Below are positions 18,042 through 27,620 of a stretch of 64,000 nucleotides of DNA, in pieces. The DNA is from Parcubacteria group bacterium ADurb.Bin159 (GTDB taxonomy: Bacteria > Patescibacteriota > Patescibacteriia > UBA2591 > MWDC01), in the NCBI GenBank assembly GCA_002070355.1, contig MWDC01000002.1, forward strand, positions 8,814 through 72,813. The letters run 5' to 3'. The first letter of the stretch is position 1. Each line of letters begins with the position of its first letter. Both the position numbers and the translations under genes were made by a program. Below the pieces are notes generated by a model. That model searched no databases. It saw nothing but the letters and a program-made list of their open reading frames with translations, and was not told where the DNA came from.

Positions 18042-18155
18042 AATTTTTGACGTTTGTTTGTCAGTAATGAGGCAAGGATTTTAAATTTTTGCTTTATTAT
18101 TTTGATTTTTGCCTTTAAATTTTAATTTTTGATTTTTACATTTTGATTTTTTATT

Positions 18156-18506
18156 ATGTCTCCTTTTCTTCAAAAACAATATAAAGAAAGAAAAGAAAAG
18201 AAAAATTTGATTATAAATATTATTCTTTTGGCTGTTTTTATCTTTTTTTTCGTTTCTACTATAGTGATAACTAATTTAAATCGAGACACCATAGAAGATT
18301 TAATTGTTTTAAGAGAAAAGACGAATAATTTAAAAATAGAAAACGAAGTTTTGTCTTTAAAATTCTCTCAAGCATTAGAACTTAGTAAATTAGAGAAGAG
18401 AGCAAAGGAGCTTTCGTATCTTCCTCTCTCTTCTATTATTTGGCTTAAATTACAGCCAGAAATTTTAGTAAAAAGTGACTTACTATCAAACGAAAAACAA
18501 TTTTAA
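18156..18506 (+). CDS. ftsL: FtsL-like small bitopic division protein
   Basis: 116 aa, a single TM helix followed by a coiled-coil segment. It sits between rsmH and the PBP gene. Confidence 0.5.
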   Translation: MSPFLQKQYKERKEKKNLIINIILLAVFIFFFVSTIVITNLNRDTIEDLIVLREKTNNLKIENEVLSLKFSQALELSKLEKRAKELSYLPLSSIIWLKLQPEILVKSDLLSNEKQF

Positions 18507-20100
18507 ACGGCTTAATTTGATGACGGGATGCGTTTTCATCTGCGCCTTAATAATTTTGGGGCGTCTTTTTTATTGCCAAATTATTGATAATTCTTTAATA
18601 AAAGCGGCGACGAATATAGAAAATACAGGGCATCAAAGAGCGGAAATTTTTGCCACTGATAAAACAGGAAAAGATTGGCCAATTGCCGTTAATATTGTAA
18701 TGTGGCGCCTTATTGCTGACCCTTCAAAAATTGACGAGCCGGTTTCCACATTAAAAATTCTTTCTCCCTTTTTAGATATTCCATCAAAATTTTTTGATGA
18801 AGATTTTTTGGAAGACAGCGAAGAAAATTTAGAATTTAAGAAATTGGTTAATCGTCTTTCTAATAAAAATTCTTATTATGAAATTTTAAAAATCGTTGAT
18901 AGAGAAGAAAAAGAAAAAATTGAACAGATGAGAATTCCCGGAATTTATTTTGAAGAAATAGATGGACGTTTTTGGCCAGAAAAAGATTATTTTGGCCAGA
19001 TTACTGGATTTACCAGATTAGAAAATGGCAAACTTGTTGGTCAATATGGTTTGGAAAAATTGATTGATGAATCAGATAATAAAAATTTATATATTACTAT
19101 TGATAGAACTCTTCAATTTTTTAGTTGTCAGCTTTTGAAAGAATCTTTAAAAAATTATAAGGCGGAGGGGGGGACAATTATTGTTTTAAATAAAGAAGGG
19201 GCTATTAAAGCTATGTGCAATTTGCCGAGTTTTGACCCTAATGATTATTCTTCTATCAGCGATTTTCATCTTTTCCAAAATGCCTCTATAGAAACTCCTT
19301 ATGAACCGGGTTCTATTTTCAAAATGATTACTATGGCGGCAGGATTGGATTCAAAAAAAGTAAAACCAGAGACAACTTATTTTGATCAAGGTTTTGTTAA
19401 AATTGGTCCAGAACCAAAAATTATTAAAAATTCAACAGGCCAGAGTTATGGAGAGCAAACAATGACTAATGTTTTGGAAAAATCTTTGAATACTGGCGCG
19501 GTTTGGGTGGCTAAACAGGTAGGCAGGGATTTATTTAAATATTACGTCAAGGAATTCGGTTTTGGCAGTTTAAGTGGGGTAGAATTGCCCGAAGAAGCTA
19601 AGGGTAATATTGATAATTTAGACAAGCCAAGTGAAATTTATTTAGCTACTGCCTCTTTTGGCCAAGGGCTTACTACTACTTCTTTGCAATTAGCTAATGC
19701 CTTTTTAGCCGTGGCTAATCAAGGAAAATTATACAGACCTTATATTTTAAGAGAAACAGGACCTTATTTTGTGAAACAAGTTATTAGCGAAGAAGCAGCG
19801 GAAGATTTAACAGAAATGTTAGTTTCAGTAGTGGAAAATGGTTATGGCCGTCGAGCTAAAGTAGCTGGCTATAAAGTTGCCGGCAAAACAGGAACAGCCG
19901 AAGTTCCTGAAGAAGGGGAATATAAAGGAAAAGTTATTCATTCTTTTGTGGGATTTGCCCCGGCGGAAAATCCTGAATTTGTAGCTTTGGTTAAATTAGA
20001 TAATCCTCAAATAGGCACATTTTCTGAATATACTGCTGTACCTGTTTTTGGCCAATTAGCCGATTTTGTTTTAAAATATTATCGTATCCCTCCTCAATAA
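18475..20100 (+). CDS. ftsI: peptidoglycan D,D-transpeptidase (class B PBP, FtsI-like); the likely start is the internal ATG at 18520
   Basis: SXXK (PGSIFKM), SXN (KSLNTG) and KTG (AGKTGTA) motifs, plus an N-terminal TM helix and dimerisation domain. Confidence 0.85.
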   Translation: MTYYQTKNNFKRLNLMTGCVFICALIILGRLFYCQIIDNSLIKAATNIENTGHQRAEIFATDKTGKDWPIAVNIVMWRLIADPSKIDEPVSTLKILSPFLDIPSKFFDEDFLEDSEENLEFKKLVNRLSNKNSYYEILKIVDREEKEKIEQMRIPGIYFEEIDGRFWPEKDYFGQITGFTRLENGKLVGQYGLEKLIDESDNKNLYITIDRTLQFFSCQLLKESLKNYKAEGGTIIVLNKEGAIKAMCNLPSFDPNDYSSISDFHLFQNASIETPYEPGSIFKMITMAAGLDSKKVKPETTYFDQGFVKIGPEPKIIKNSTGQSYGEQTMTNVLEKSLNTGAVWVAKQVGRDLFKYYVKEFGFGSLSGVELPEEAKGNIDNLDKPSEIYLATASFGQGLTTTSLQLANAFLAVANQGKLYRPYILRETGPYFVKQVISEEAAEDLTEMLVSVVENGYGRRAKVAGYKVAGKTGTAEVPEEGEYKGKVIHSFVGFAPAENPEFVALVKLDNPQIGTFSEYTAVPVFGQLADFVLKYYRIPPQ

Positions 20101-20141
20101 GACTTAAGGGTTCCACCCTTAAGTCCCCTGTAGTAGAGCGG
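20101..20141 (+). repeat. 41-bp hairpin repeat R2, copy 2 (gacttaagggTTCCAcccttaagtcccctgtagtagagcgg)
   Basis: It starts 1 nt after the ftsI stop and ends 10 nt before the murF ATG. The loop is inverted relative to copy 1. Confidence 0.8.
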
Positions 20142-20151
20142 AAATTGAGAT

Positions 20152-21399
20152 ATGAGTTTTAGAAAAATTATTCAATTTATTTTAAAGAAAAAAGCGAAAA
20201 AAGTCGTTCGCCGCTTTAATCCTTTGGTTATTGGCATAACCGGCAGTGTAGGAAAATCATCAACTAAAGAAATGATTGCTTTAGCTTTGTCTTCAAAATT
20301 TTCTCGTCTTCGCCAATCACCTTCAAATTATAATAATGAAGTTGGCTTACCTTTGACTATTTTAAACGAAAAAGGGCAAGAAAATAATTTAGGTAAATGG
20401 CTTAGTCTTTTTTGGCGAACAAGAGGAAGAGCACTACGACAGATGAAAGAATATCCGGAAATATTAGTTTTAGAAATGGCTGCTGACCATCCCGGAGATA
20501 TTTCCTATCTTCTTTCTATTGTCAAGCCTAAAATCGGTATTCTTACTGCTATCGCTCCTTGTCATTTGGAATATTTTAAAAATATAGAAAATGTTAAACG
20601 GGAAAAAATAAAATTATTAACTAGCATTAGCGAAGATGGTTGGGCTATTTTTAATTCTGACGATCCGAATTTAAGCGATATTAAACAAAAAATAAAAGCA
20701 AAAATTATCACTTTCGGATTTAATCCTTCGTCTGATATTTATCCTTTAGAAATTCAACTTGACCAAGAGTTAAAAGGCAAAAGAATTCATATTTTAGGGC
20801 TTCGTTTTAAAATAAAATGCCAAGGAAATGTTATTCCTGTATTTTTACCTAAGGTTTTATCAGGGTCTTTGGTTAATTCTGTTTTAGCCACTATGGCTGT
20901 GGGTGTTACTCAAGAAATCAATCTTTTAAAAATTGCTGAAAAAATAAGACAATATAAGCCGCTTTCTCAAAGAATGAATTTAATTTATGGGAAAAATGGA
21001 ACATTGATTATTGATGATACTTACAATTCTTCTCCTTATTCTTTAAAAAGCGCTCTCTCTGATTTGGATCAAATAAAAAATCATCCGCAAACCCAAAAAT
21101 GGGTGGTTTTATCAGATATGTTGGAATTGGGCGTTGAAGGGAAAAAATATCATTTAGAAATAGGGCAAGAAATAGCGCGGAAGAAAGATTGCCGATTAGT
21201 GGCTACAGGGGATTTATCTCTTTATTTTGTTAAAGGAGCGAGAGAGGAAGGAACGAGCAAAGAAAGGGCTTTATATTTTAAGGAAAAGCAGCAAGCCATA
21301 GAATATCTTTTAAAAAATATTAAAGAAGGAGATGTTATTTTGGTTAAAGGTTCTCGCGCTACTAAAATGGAAGAAGTGGTAGAAAAACTGAAAAAATAA
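20152..21399 (+). CDS. murF: Mur ligase family protein, probably UDP-MurNAc-tripeptide--D-Ala-D-Ala ligase (short form)
   Basis: ITGSVGKSSTKEMIA is the P-loop typical of MurF. The position after ftsI fits the dcw order. At 415 aa it is short. Confidence 0.7.
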   Translation: MSFRKIIQFILKKKAKKVVRRFNPLVIGITGSVGKSSTKEMIALALSSKFSRLRQSPSNYNNEVGLPLTILNEKGQENNLGKWLSLFWRTRGRALRQMKEYPEILVLEMAADHPGDISYLLSIVKPKIGILTAIAPCHLEYFKNIENVKREKIKLLTSISEDGWAIFNSDDPNLSDIKQKIKAKIITFGFNPSSDIYPLEIQLDQELKGKRIHILGLRFKIKCQGNVIPVFLPKVLSGSLVNSVLATMAVGVTQEINLLKIAEKIRQYKPLSQRMNLIYGKNGTLIIDDTYNSSPYSLKSALSDLDQIKNHPQTQKWVVLSDMLELGVEGKKYHLEIGQEIARKKDCRLVATGDLSLYFVKGAREEGTSKERALYFKEKQQAIEYLLKNIKEGDVILVKGSRATKMEEVVEKLKK

Positions 21400-21412
21400 A
21401 AATTTTGAACAT

Positions 21413-21441
21413 AAAAAAACCGAGATATTTCGGTTTTTTTT
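21413..21441. terminator. bidirectional intrinsic terminator (A7-ccga-gatatt-tcgg-T7) between convergent murF and smc
   Basis: aaaaaaaccgagatatttcggttttttt. Confidence 0.55.
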
Positions 21442-21460
21442 ATTTAATTAAAATCCAATA

Positions 21461-23635
21461 TTAATTTTCGTCTAATTTGACAGAAATAATTTTAGAAACT
21501 CCATCTCGGCCCATAGTAATGCCGTAAAGAGTATCAGCCGCTTGCATTGTTTGACGATTATGAGTGATAATAATAAGTTGGCTGTCTTTATTTATTTCTT
21601 TTAGAATTTCGGCGAAACGAAGAGAATTTTCTTCATCAAGAGCAGCATCAACTTCGTCATAAATAGCAAAAGGCGGTTTATTTAAAGAAAGAATAGCTGA
21701 AATCAAAGCTAAAGAAGTAAGAGTTTTTTCGCCGCCAGAAAGAGTTTTAACACTCTTTATTTTTTTTCCAGGAGGACAGGCTTCTATCTCAATGCCTTCT
21801 ACTTCTTTTAACTCATCTTTTGAAGGATTTTCTTCGTTTTTAAATTTAATGGGAATTAATTTAGTATAACCGCCATCAAAAAGTCGTTTAAAATATTCAT
21901 CAAATTTTTTATTTATTTCATTAAATTGTTTATTAAATTGTTTTTTTGTTTGTTCTTTTAATTCATCAATAATTTTATTTAAAGATTTTATTGACTTTAT
22001 AAGGTCATCGCTTTCTTGTTTAAGAAAATTATGGCGAGAAGAAATTTTAGGATATTCTTTTTCTACTTCCGGGTCAATTTCGCCAATAATTAAGAGTTCT
22101 CTTTTTATTTTAGCGATTTTTTCTTCTTTGTCGTCTATTGGAGATTCAACGGCCGGCCCCAGAGAATTATTAATTATTTTTTCTAAATTATCTTTGCCCA
22201 ATTCTTTTTCTATCTCTTTATATAAATTTTCTCGTTTTTCTTGAAGCCGGGCTAAATTAATTTTATTTTCTTGTAGAATATTTTCTTTTATTTCTAATTC
22301 TTTTCTTAATTTTTGATTTTCTTGTTCAAAAATAGCGAAAGATTGACGAAATTTATCCTCTTCTTCGCCGAGAGAGGATAATTTCAAAAAAATATCTTTT
22401 GCTTCTTTGGAAATTTTCTCCAAACGTTCTTCGAACTCTTTTTTTGTTTGAAGCAGATTTTGTGATTTTTCTTGAAATGTTTTGTCAGGCTCTTGCTTTT
22501 TGAAATAAGACAATATCTTATTAACGGAAGCGATTAATTCTTTAATTTGATTTTTAAAAGAAGAAGGATTCACAGAAGAAGAAATATCTGCTAATACAGA
22601 ATTCATTTTTTGTTCAATTGTTTTTAATTCTTGAAAAAGTAATTCGTTTTTTACTGTTAAAACAATCTCTTCATTTTTGGGTATATTTTTAAGTGATTTA
22701 ATTTCAAACTCTAAGGCAATAATTTCTCGGGAGTATTGATTCTTTTTTGCTTCTTTGTCTTGATATTCTTTTTGAAGTTCTTGCCAACGGCTAGACAGAT
22801 TAGAGGAGGAGAGGGTTTGAATTTTTTTCTCGTTTTCTTCTATGGATTTTTTTAATTTTTCTATTTTATTTAAAAGGTCAGGATTTTCCGTCTCATTTTC
22901 AGATATTTCCTGATTTATTTTTTTAGCTTCTATTTGATAAAAATCTTTTTCTAATTGAAATAACTCGCGTTTTAATTCTTGTTTTTTGGCTAATTTTTGG
23001 ACTTGCCGAGAAAGATAAGATAATTGAGGGCTAATTTCTTTCAAGGCAACTTCGACTTTAGCTAAATTCTCCTTTGCCATTTCAATTTTTTTTTGGGAAT
23101 TTTCTATTTTTTTAAGATAGGGCTTAACGCCGGTGGCTTCGTTAAAAAATTCTTTTTTCCCCGCGGGAGTCATTTCTAAAAGGCGAATAATTTCTCCTTG
23201 ACCGATAATGCTATAATTGTATTTACCAAAATTTAATTTAAAAAGTGTATCTTCAATATCTGCCAAGCGCACTTTATTTTTATTAAGTATATAATCACTA
23301 TCTCCGTTATACCAGAGCCGGCGTTTAATTTCAACTAATGGCCAAATATCTTTATTTGTTTTATTTTCTAAAGTAATACCAACTTCCGCATAATCGGCTC
23401 TAGCGCGAAGAGGGGAGCCGGAAAAAATAAGATCTTGGCTGTTGTGGGAGCGAAGAGTTTTATGACCTTGTTCGCCCAAGACCCATTGGATTGCTTCTAC
23501 GATATTAGATTTCCCACTGCCATTGGGTCCCACAATAGCGGTAATGCCAAAATTTTCCTCATTTGGTCGAGGAAAAATTAATTTTATTTTATCGGCAAAT
23601 GATTTAAAGCCGAATATCTCTAATTCCTTTAACAT
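21461..23635 (-). CDS. smc: SMC-family chromosome condensation ATPase, unusually short (724 aa) with no recognisable hinge
   Basis: N-terminus FKSFADK..ITAIVGPNGSGKSNIVEAIQWVLGEQ (SMC head). C-terminus LSGGEKTLTSLALI..FAIYDEVDAALDE (signature motif plus Walker B). About 450 aa of K/E-rich coiled coil in between. The rnc-smc synteny is conserved. Confidence 0.8.
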   Translation of the reverse strand: MLKELEIFGFKSFADKIKLIFPRPNEENFGITAIVGPNGSGKSNIVEAIQWVLGEQGHKTLRSHNSQDLIFSGSPLRARADYAEVGITLENKTNKDIWPLVEIKRRLWYNGDSDYILNKNKVRLADIEDTLFKLNFGKYNYSIIGQGEIIRLLEMTPAGKKEFFNEATGVKPYLKKIENSQKKIEMAKENLAKVEVALKEISPQLSYLSRQVQKLAKKQELKRELFQLEKDFYQIEAKKINQEISENETENPDLLNKIEKLKKSIEENEKKIQTLSSSNLSSRWQELQKEYQDKEAKKNQYSREIIALEFEIKSLKNIPKNEEIVLTVKNELLFQELKTIEQKMNSVLADISSSVNPSSFKNQIKELIASVNKILSYFKKQEPDKTFQEKSQNLLQTKKEFEERLEKISKEAKDIFLKLSSLGEEEDKFRQSFAIFEQENQKLRKELEIKENILQENKINLARLQEKRENLYKEIEKELGKDNLEKIINNSLGPAVESPIDDKEEKIAKIKRELLIIGEIDPEVEKEYPKISSRHNFLKQESDDLIKSIKSLNKIIDELKEQTKKQFNKQFNEINKKFDEYFKRLFDGGYTKLIPIKFKNEENPSKDELKEVEGIEIEACPPGKKIKSVKTLSGGEKTLTSLALISAILSLNKPPFAIYDEVDAALDEENSLRFAEILKEINKDSQLIIITHNRQTMQAADTLYGITMGRDGVSKIISVKLDEN

Positions 23636-24363
23636 ATTTTATTTGGGGATTGTTTCCATCGAGAAAGGGCGAGGGAGGCGGCAACGGTTTGCGCTTCTTG
23701 TTTACTTTTTCCCTTGCCTTTAGCAATAATTTTATCGCCAAGCATTAAATTAATCGTAAAAATTTTAGCGTGCGAGGGTCCGCTTTCTTCCACTAATTTA
23801 TAAGTGGGAGTAATACCAAAGCGGTTTTGGGCTATTTCCTGAAAAGTGCTTTTGGCATCTTTGTATAATTCATTTTTTAGAATGAAATTTGCTTTTTTTA
23901 AAAGATATTTAGAAAGAAATTTTTTAACCACTTCTATTCCTTGATCCAAATAAAGGGCCCCTATAAAGGCCTCTAATGTATTGGCTAAAATATGTTGTTT
24001 CCCTCTGGGGAAAGTAGCGCGCTCTCCTTTGGACAGATAAAGGAATTCGTCAAAATGTAGTTTTTGTGCCAATTCAGCTAAACTTTTGGTATTGACTAAA
24101 CTTGCCCGGAGGTGAGTTAATTGCCCCTCAGATAATTCAAAGGTAAAATAAAGGTATTCTGTAGTGATTAATTCCAAAACAGCATCGCCTAAAAACTCTA
24201 ATCTCTCATTTTGGCCATAAATCCAATTTTTACATTCATTGAGATAAGAGCGATGAGTAAAGGCTTGTTGGAATAAATTAATATTTTTAAATTTTAACCC
24301 CAATATTTTTTCCAATTGAAATAAATTTTTAGGAGTTGTCGTGTTTTTTTTATCTTTCTTCAT
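23629..24363 (-). CDS. rnc: ribonuclease III (start trimmed to MKKDKK; the longer ORF extension overlaps nusB)
   Basis: ERLEFLGDAVLELITTEYLY RNase III signature, and a C-terminal dsRBD. Confidence 0.9.
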   Translation of the reverse strand: MKKDKKNTTTPKNLFQLEKILGLKFKNINLFQQAFTHRSYLNECKNWIYGQNERLEFLGDAVLELITTEYLYFTFELSEGQLTHLRASLVNTKSLAELAQKLHFDEFLYLSKGERATFPRGKQHILANTLEAFIGALYLDQGIEVVKKFLSKYLLKKANFILKNELYKDAKSTFQEIAQNRFGITPTYKLVEESGPSHAKIFTINLMLGDKIIAKGKGKSKQEAQTVAASLALSRWKQSPNKIC

Positions 24364-24811
24364 CCTTTTTATATTTATTATAGATTGTCCCCAATACACC
24401 ATTAACAAATTTTCCTGAAGATATATTGCCAAAAATTTTAGCAATTTCCACCGCTTCATTAATGGCTACTTTCGGCGGAACATTTTTTGAAAACATCATT
24501 TCCCAGATACTCAAGCGTAAGATATTGCGATCAACAGGAGTAATTTTATCTAAGGGCCAATGAGGAGCAAATTCTTTTATATATGTATCGATTTTATCTA
24601 AATTTTTATAAACGCCTAAAACTAATTCTTCAACAAATTCTTTTTCATCAAAATTTTTTGGCGCAAAATATTCAAGATTATTTTTAATAACTTCATTTAA
24701 ATCCAAAGATTTGCCCAAAATAGAGGTATTAAAGTCCCATTGGGCAAGTATTTGTAAAGCAATCCCTCTGGCAAGATGCCGTGAAGACATAATAGATAAT
24801 TTAAATCTCAA
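24350..24811 (-). CDS. nusB: transcription antitermination factor NusB
   Basis: 153 aa. ARGIALQILAQWDF and the all-helical NusB family pattern. It lies upstream of rnc. Confidence 0.8.
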   Translation of the reverse strand: MRFKLSIMSSRHLARGIALQILAQWDFNTSILGKSLDLNEVIKNNLEYFAPKNFDEKEFVEELVLGVYKNLDKIDTYIKEFAPHWPLDKITPVDRNILRLSIWEMMFSKNVPPKVAINEAVEIAKIFGNISSGKFVNGVLGTIYNKYKKDEER

Positions 24812-24837
24812 AATGTAAAATAACCCGAAGAAGCGTG

Positions 24838-25059
24838 TTAGTCACGCGCTTGTCCTTCTTTTTTCATTTTTTTCTGTTTTTTCTCTTTTTTAGGTAGAAT
24901 TTCTTTGCCCTTAAAAAATCCGCAATAAGGGCAAATATGATGAGGTTTAATCAATTTTTTGCATTGGGGGCAGGGGATAAGGTTTGGTTTTTTTAACCGC
25001 AAATGAAAACGTTTTATTTTTGTCCTGCTTTTAGTGCTTTTTTGTGTTGGATTAGCCAT
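24838..25059 (-). CDS. rpmF: 50S ribosomal protein L32 (start at MANPTQK)
   Basis: ANPTQKSTKSRTKIKR..CPQCKKLIKPHHICPYCGFFKG shows the zinc-ribbon L32 pattern. Confidence 0.85.
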   Translation of the reverse strand: MANPTQKSTKSRTKIKRFHLRLKKPNLIPCPQCKKLIKPHHICPYCGFFKGKEILPKKEKKQKKMKKEGQARD

Positions 25060-25188
25060 AAAAATTAAAACGCAAAAATCAAATTTCAAAATACAAATTT
25101 AAAATTAAAAATAACCTTTTTAATTTTTTTATTATATCTTTTATTCCCTTTTTTGTCAATAAATTAAAGTTTATTAAATTTTAGATTT

Positions 25189-25197
25189 TGCTATAAT
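25189..25197 (+). promoter_or_regulatory. extended -10 promoter TGcTATAAT, 6 nt upstream of the polX ATG (leaderless)
   Basis: tgctataat at 25189-25197, ATG at 25204. Confidence 0.4.
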
Positions 25198-25203
25198 ATT
25201 TTT

Positions 25204-26937
25204 ATGGACAACATTGAGGTTAGCAAAATTTTGGAAGAAACGGCTGATATTTTGGAAATTAAAGGAGAAAATCAATTTCGGGTTGGCGCTTATCGTAAAG
25301 CATCGCAGGTTATAGGCACTTTATCTAAAGATATTAATGAAATTTATCGGCAAAATAAATTAGAAGAAATACCCGGCATAGGGAAGAATATCGCCTCTCA
25401 TATTAAAGAATTGTTAGAAAATGGCAAGTGTCGAGAATTCGAAAGTTTAAAAAAACAGGTTCCTTCTTCATTAATTGAACTTTTAAAAATAGAAGGATTA
25501 GGTCCCAAAAAGGTTAAATTTTTATTTGAAAAGTTTAACGTTAAAAGTGTAAGTCAATTGGAAAAATTATTAAAATCTCATTGTTTGGAAAATATTCCGA
25601 ATTGGGGAGAAAAATCAGTAGAAAATATTTTAAAAAGCTTAAAACTCTATAAAAAATATAAAAAGCGGTTTATTTTAGGAGAAATTTATCCTTTAGCTCA
25701 AGATATTTTATTTAAATTAAAAAAACAGAAATATATAGACCAAGCGGAAATTTGCGGTTCTATCCGCCGTATGAAAGAAACTATCGGTGATTTAGATTTT
25801 TTAGTTGCCAGCAAAAAACCAGGGAAAGCTATTGATTTTTTTTGTCGAATGAACGAAGTAGGGCGAATTATTGCTAAAGGAGAAACCAAAGTAAATGTTG
25901 TTCTAAAAAGAAATATTGACGCTGATTTACGAGTGGTCAACCCTCAAAGTTTTGGCGCAGCTCTTTGCTATTTTACCGGTTCAAAAGCGCATAATATTGT
26001 TTTGCGTCGTTTAGCAATGAAAAAGGGATTAAAAATTAATGAATACGGAGTTTTCAAAAAAAACGACAAAAATTTAATTAAAAAAGCTGGCGAAAAAGAA
26101 GAAGATATTTATCGTTTATTGGGTTTGTCTTATATTCCTCCTGAACTTCGAGAAAATAGGGGAGAGATTGAGGTGGCGCAAAAAAATCAATTGCCGACTT
26201 TAATTAAATCATCAGAAATTAAAGGAGATTTACATCTGCATACCAATTGGTCTGATGGCGATAATTCTATAGAAGAAATAGTTGAAGCTTGTCGCAGTAA
26301 AGGTTATAAATACATAGCCATTACTGACCATGCTTCTAATATAGGAGTGGCTAATGGTTTATCCCCAGAAAGAGTGTTAAAGCAGATAAAAGAAATAAGG
26401 CGTTTGGATAAAAAGTTTAAGAATATTAAGATTTTAGCTGGTATAGAAGTGGATATTCAAAAAGACGGCAGTTTAGTTTTACCTAATAGTGTTTTGGAAA
26501 AACTTGATTTTGTCATTGCTTCTATCCATAGTTCTTTTCATCTTTCCCGGGAAGAGATGACTAAGCGGTTGCTTAAAGCAATGGAAAATCCTTATATTAA
26601 TGTTATTGGCCATCTTACTGGTCGTTTAATCAATAAACGTGAACCCTATAATTTGGATTTGGGTGCTATATTTAAGCAAGCCCAAAAAAATAAAATTGCC
26701 TTAGAGATAAATGCTTTTTTTAATAGATTGGATTTAAATGATATCAATGCCCGGCAAGCCAAAGATATGGGAGTGAAAATAGTTATTAGCACAGATGCTC
26801 ATAATATTTCTCATTTATCTATGATGGATTACGGTATTTCCCAAGCTCGTCGCGCTTGGTTAGGCAGAAAAGATGTTTTAAATACCCAAAATTTAAATGC
26901 TTTTCTCGCCTCAATTTCAAGGCCCTTCCGCATTTAA
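25204..26937 (+). CDS. polX: DNA polymerase X family protein with a C-terminal PHP phosphoesterase domain
   Basis: N-terminal HhH motifs (GIGKNIASHI), a Pol-beta-like nucleotidyltransferase core, and a PHP domain (GDLHLHTNWSDGDNSIEEIV..YIAITDH). Confidence 0.85.
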   Translation: MDNIEVSKILEETADILEIKGENQFRVGAYRKASQVIGTLSKDINEIYRQNKLEEIPGIGKNIASHIKELLENGKCREFESLKKQVPSSLIELLKIEGLGPKKVKFLFEKFNVKSVSQLEKLLKSHCLENIPNWGEKSVENILKSLKLYKKYKKRFILGEIYPLAQDILFKLKKQKYIDQAEICGSIRRMKETIGDLDFLVASKKPGKAIDFFCRMNEVGRIIAKGETKVNVVLKRNIDADLRVVNPQSFGAALCYFTGSKAHNIVLRRLAMKKGLKINEYGVFKKNDKNLIKKAGEKEEDIYRLLGLSYIPPELRENRGEIEVAQKNQLPTLIKSSEIKGDLHLHTNWSDGDNSIEEIVEACRSKGYKYIAITDHASNIGVANGLSPERVLKQIKEIRRLDKKFKNIKILAGIEVDIQKDGSLVLPNSVLEKLDFVIASIHSSFHLSREEMTKRLLKAMENPYINVIGHLTGRLINKREPYNLDLGAIFKQAQKNKIALEINAFFNRLDLNDINARQAKDMGVKIVISTDAHNISHLSMMDYGISQARRAWLGRKDVLNTQNLNAFLASISRPFRI

Positions 26938-27055
26938 TGAAATATACCTAGTAATGCTTCTAAATTTGGTAAAACAAGGGATATATTAAAAAAATAGATG
27001 GATTTCTTTTTAAATATGAAAAAATGTTACCAAGAAGCCTTCCCGGCATAAACCC

Positions 27056-27083
27056 TTGACGTTTTTAAAAGAAAATATATAAT
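27056..27083 (+). promoter_or_regulatory. sigma70 promoter TTGACG-N16-TATAAT giving a ~165-nt 5' UTR for the RRM gene
   Basis: ttgacg at 27056-27061 and tataat at 27078-27083. The UTR contains ggcgaa..ttcgcc and cacca-aatt-tggtg hairpins. Confidence 0.55.
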
Positions 27084-27253
27084 ATAAAAACATTTTTTGG
27101 CGAAGAGCTAATGAATGTCGTACTCTTTAATTTCGCCTTACAAGGCTTTTACTTCCCGCCAAATTTTGGAAAGGAGTATAGCCGTAAGAAAATATGGGAG
27201 TAGGTCGTTTATTAAAATTTTTTTTATCACCATTTGGTGAGGAAGTTTAATTT

Positions 27254-27541
27254 ATGGAAAAGAAACTTTATGTAGGCAGTTTATCTTATAATACTACGGA
27301 AAATTCTTTAAAAGATTTTTTTTCTCAAGCAGGTACTGTGGAATCAGTCACTATTATTATGGATAAAATGTCTGGCAGGTCAAAAGGTTTTGGTTTTGTG
27401 GAAATGTCTAGCGAAGAAGAGGCTAAAAAAGCCATAGAAATGTTTGATGGAAAGGAATTAGACGGGAGAAGCATTAGGGTAAGCGAAGCAAGACCAATGA
27501 AAGAAAGACCTCAAAGAAGAAACTTTGATTATCGTAGATAA
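27254..27541 (+). CDS. RNA-binding protein with a single RRM domain
   Basis: RNP-2 LYVGSL and RNP-1 KGFGFVEM. 95 aa. SD gaggaag. Confidence 0.85.
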   Translation: MEKKLYVGSLSYNTTENSLKDFFSQAGTVESVTIIMDKMSGRSKGFGFVEMSSEEEAKKAIEMFDGKELDGRSIRVSEARPMKERPQRRNFDYRR

Positions 27542-27567
27542 TTAAAAGAATCTTTTCATTTTTAAAC

Positions 27568-27600
27568 AAAAGAGCCCGTTAAGGGTTCTTTTGTTTTTTA
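27568..27600. terminator. intrinsic terminator (aaagagccc-gtta-gggttcttt + T-run), usable from both strands
   Basis: A 9-bp stem with one G-U pair, followed by tgtttttt. It sits between convergent genes. Confidence 0.6.
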
Positions 27601-27620
27601 AAAGGGCTTAAAAGAAAAAT

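Noticed and set aside
23629-24459. Long N-terminal extensions of rnc, rpmF (to 25089), ftsA (from 29781), ybeY (from 29327), rplJ (from 42162) and the ATP-cone gene (from 51367)
   Set aside because: The extensions overlap upstream genes or terminators and lack similarity to known proteins. Internal start codons matching ortholog N-termini were chosen instead.
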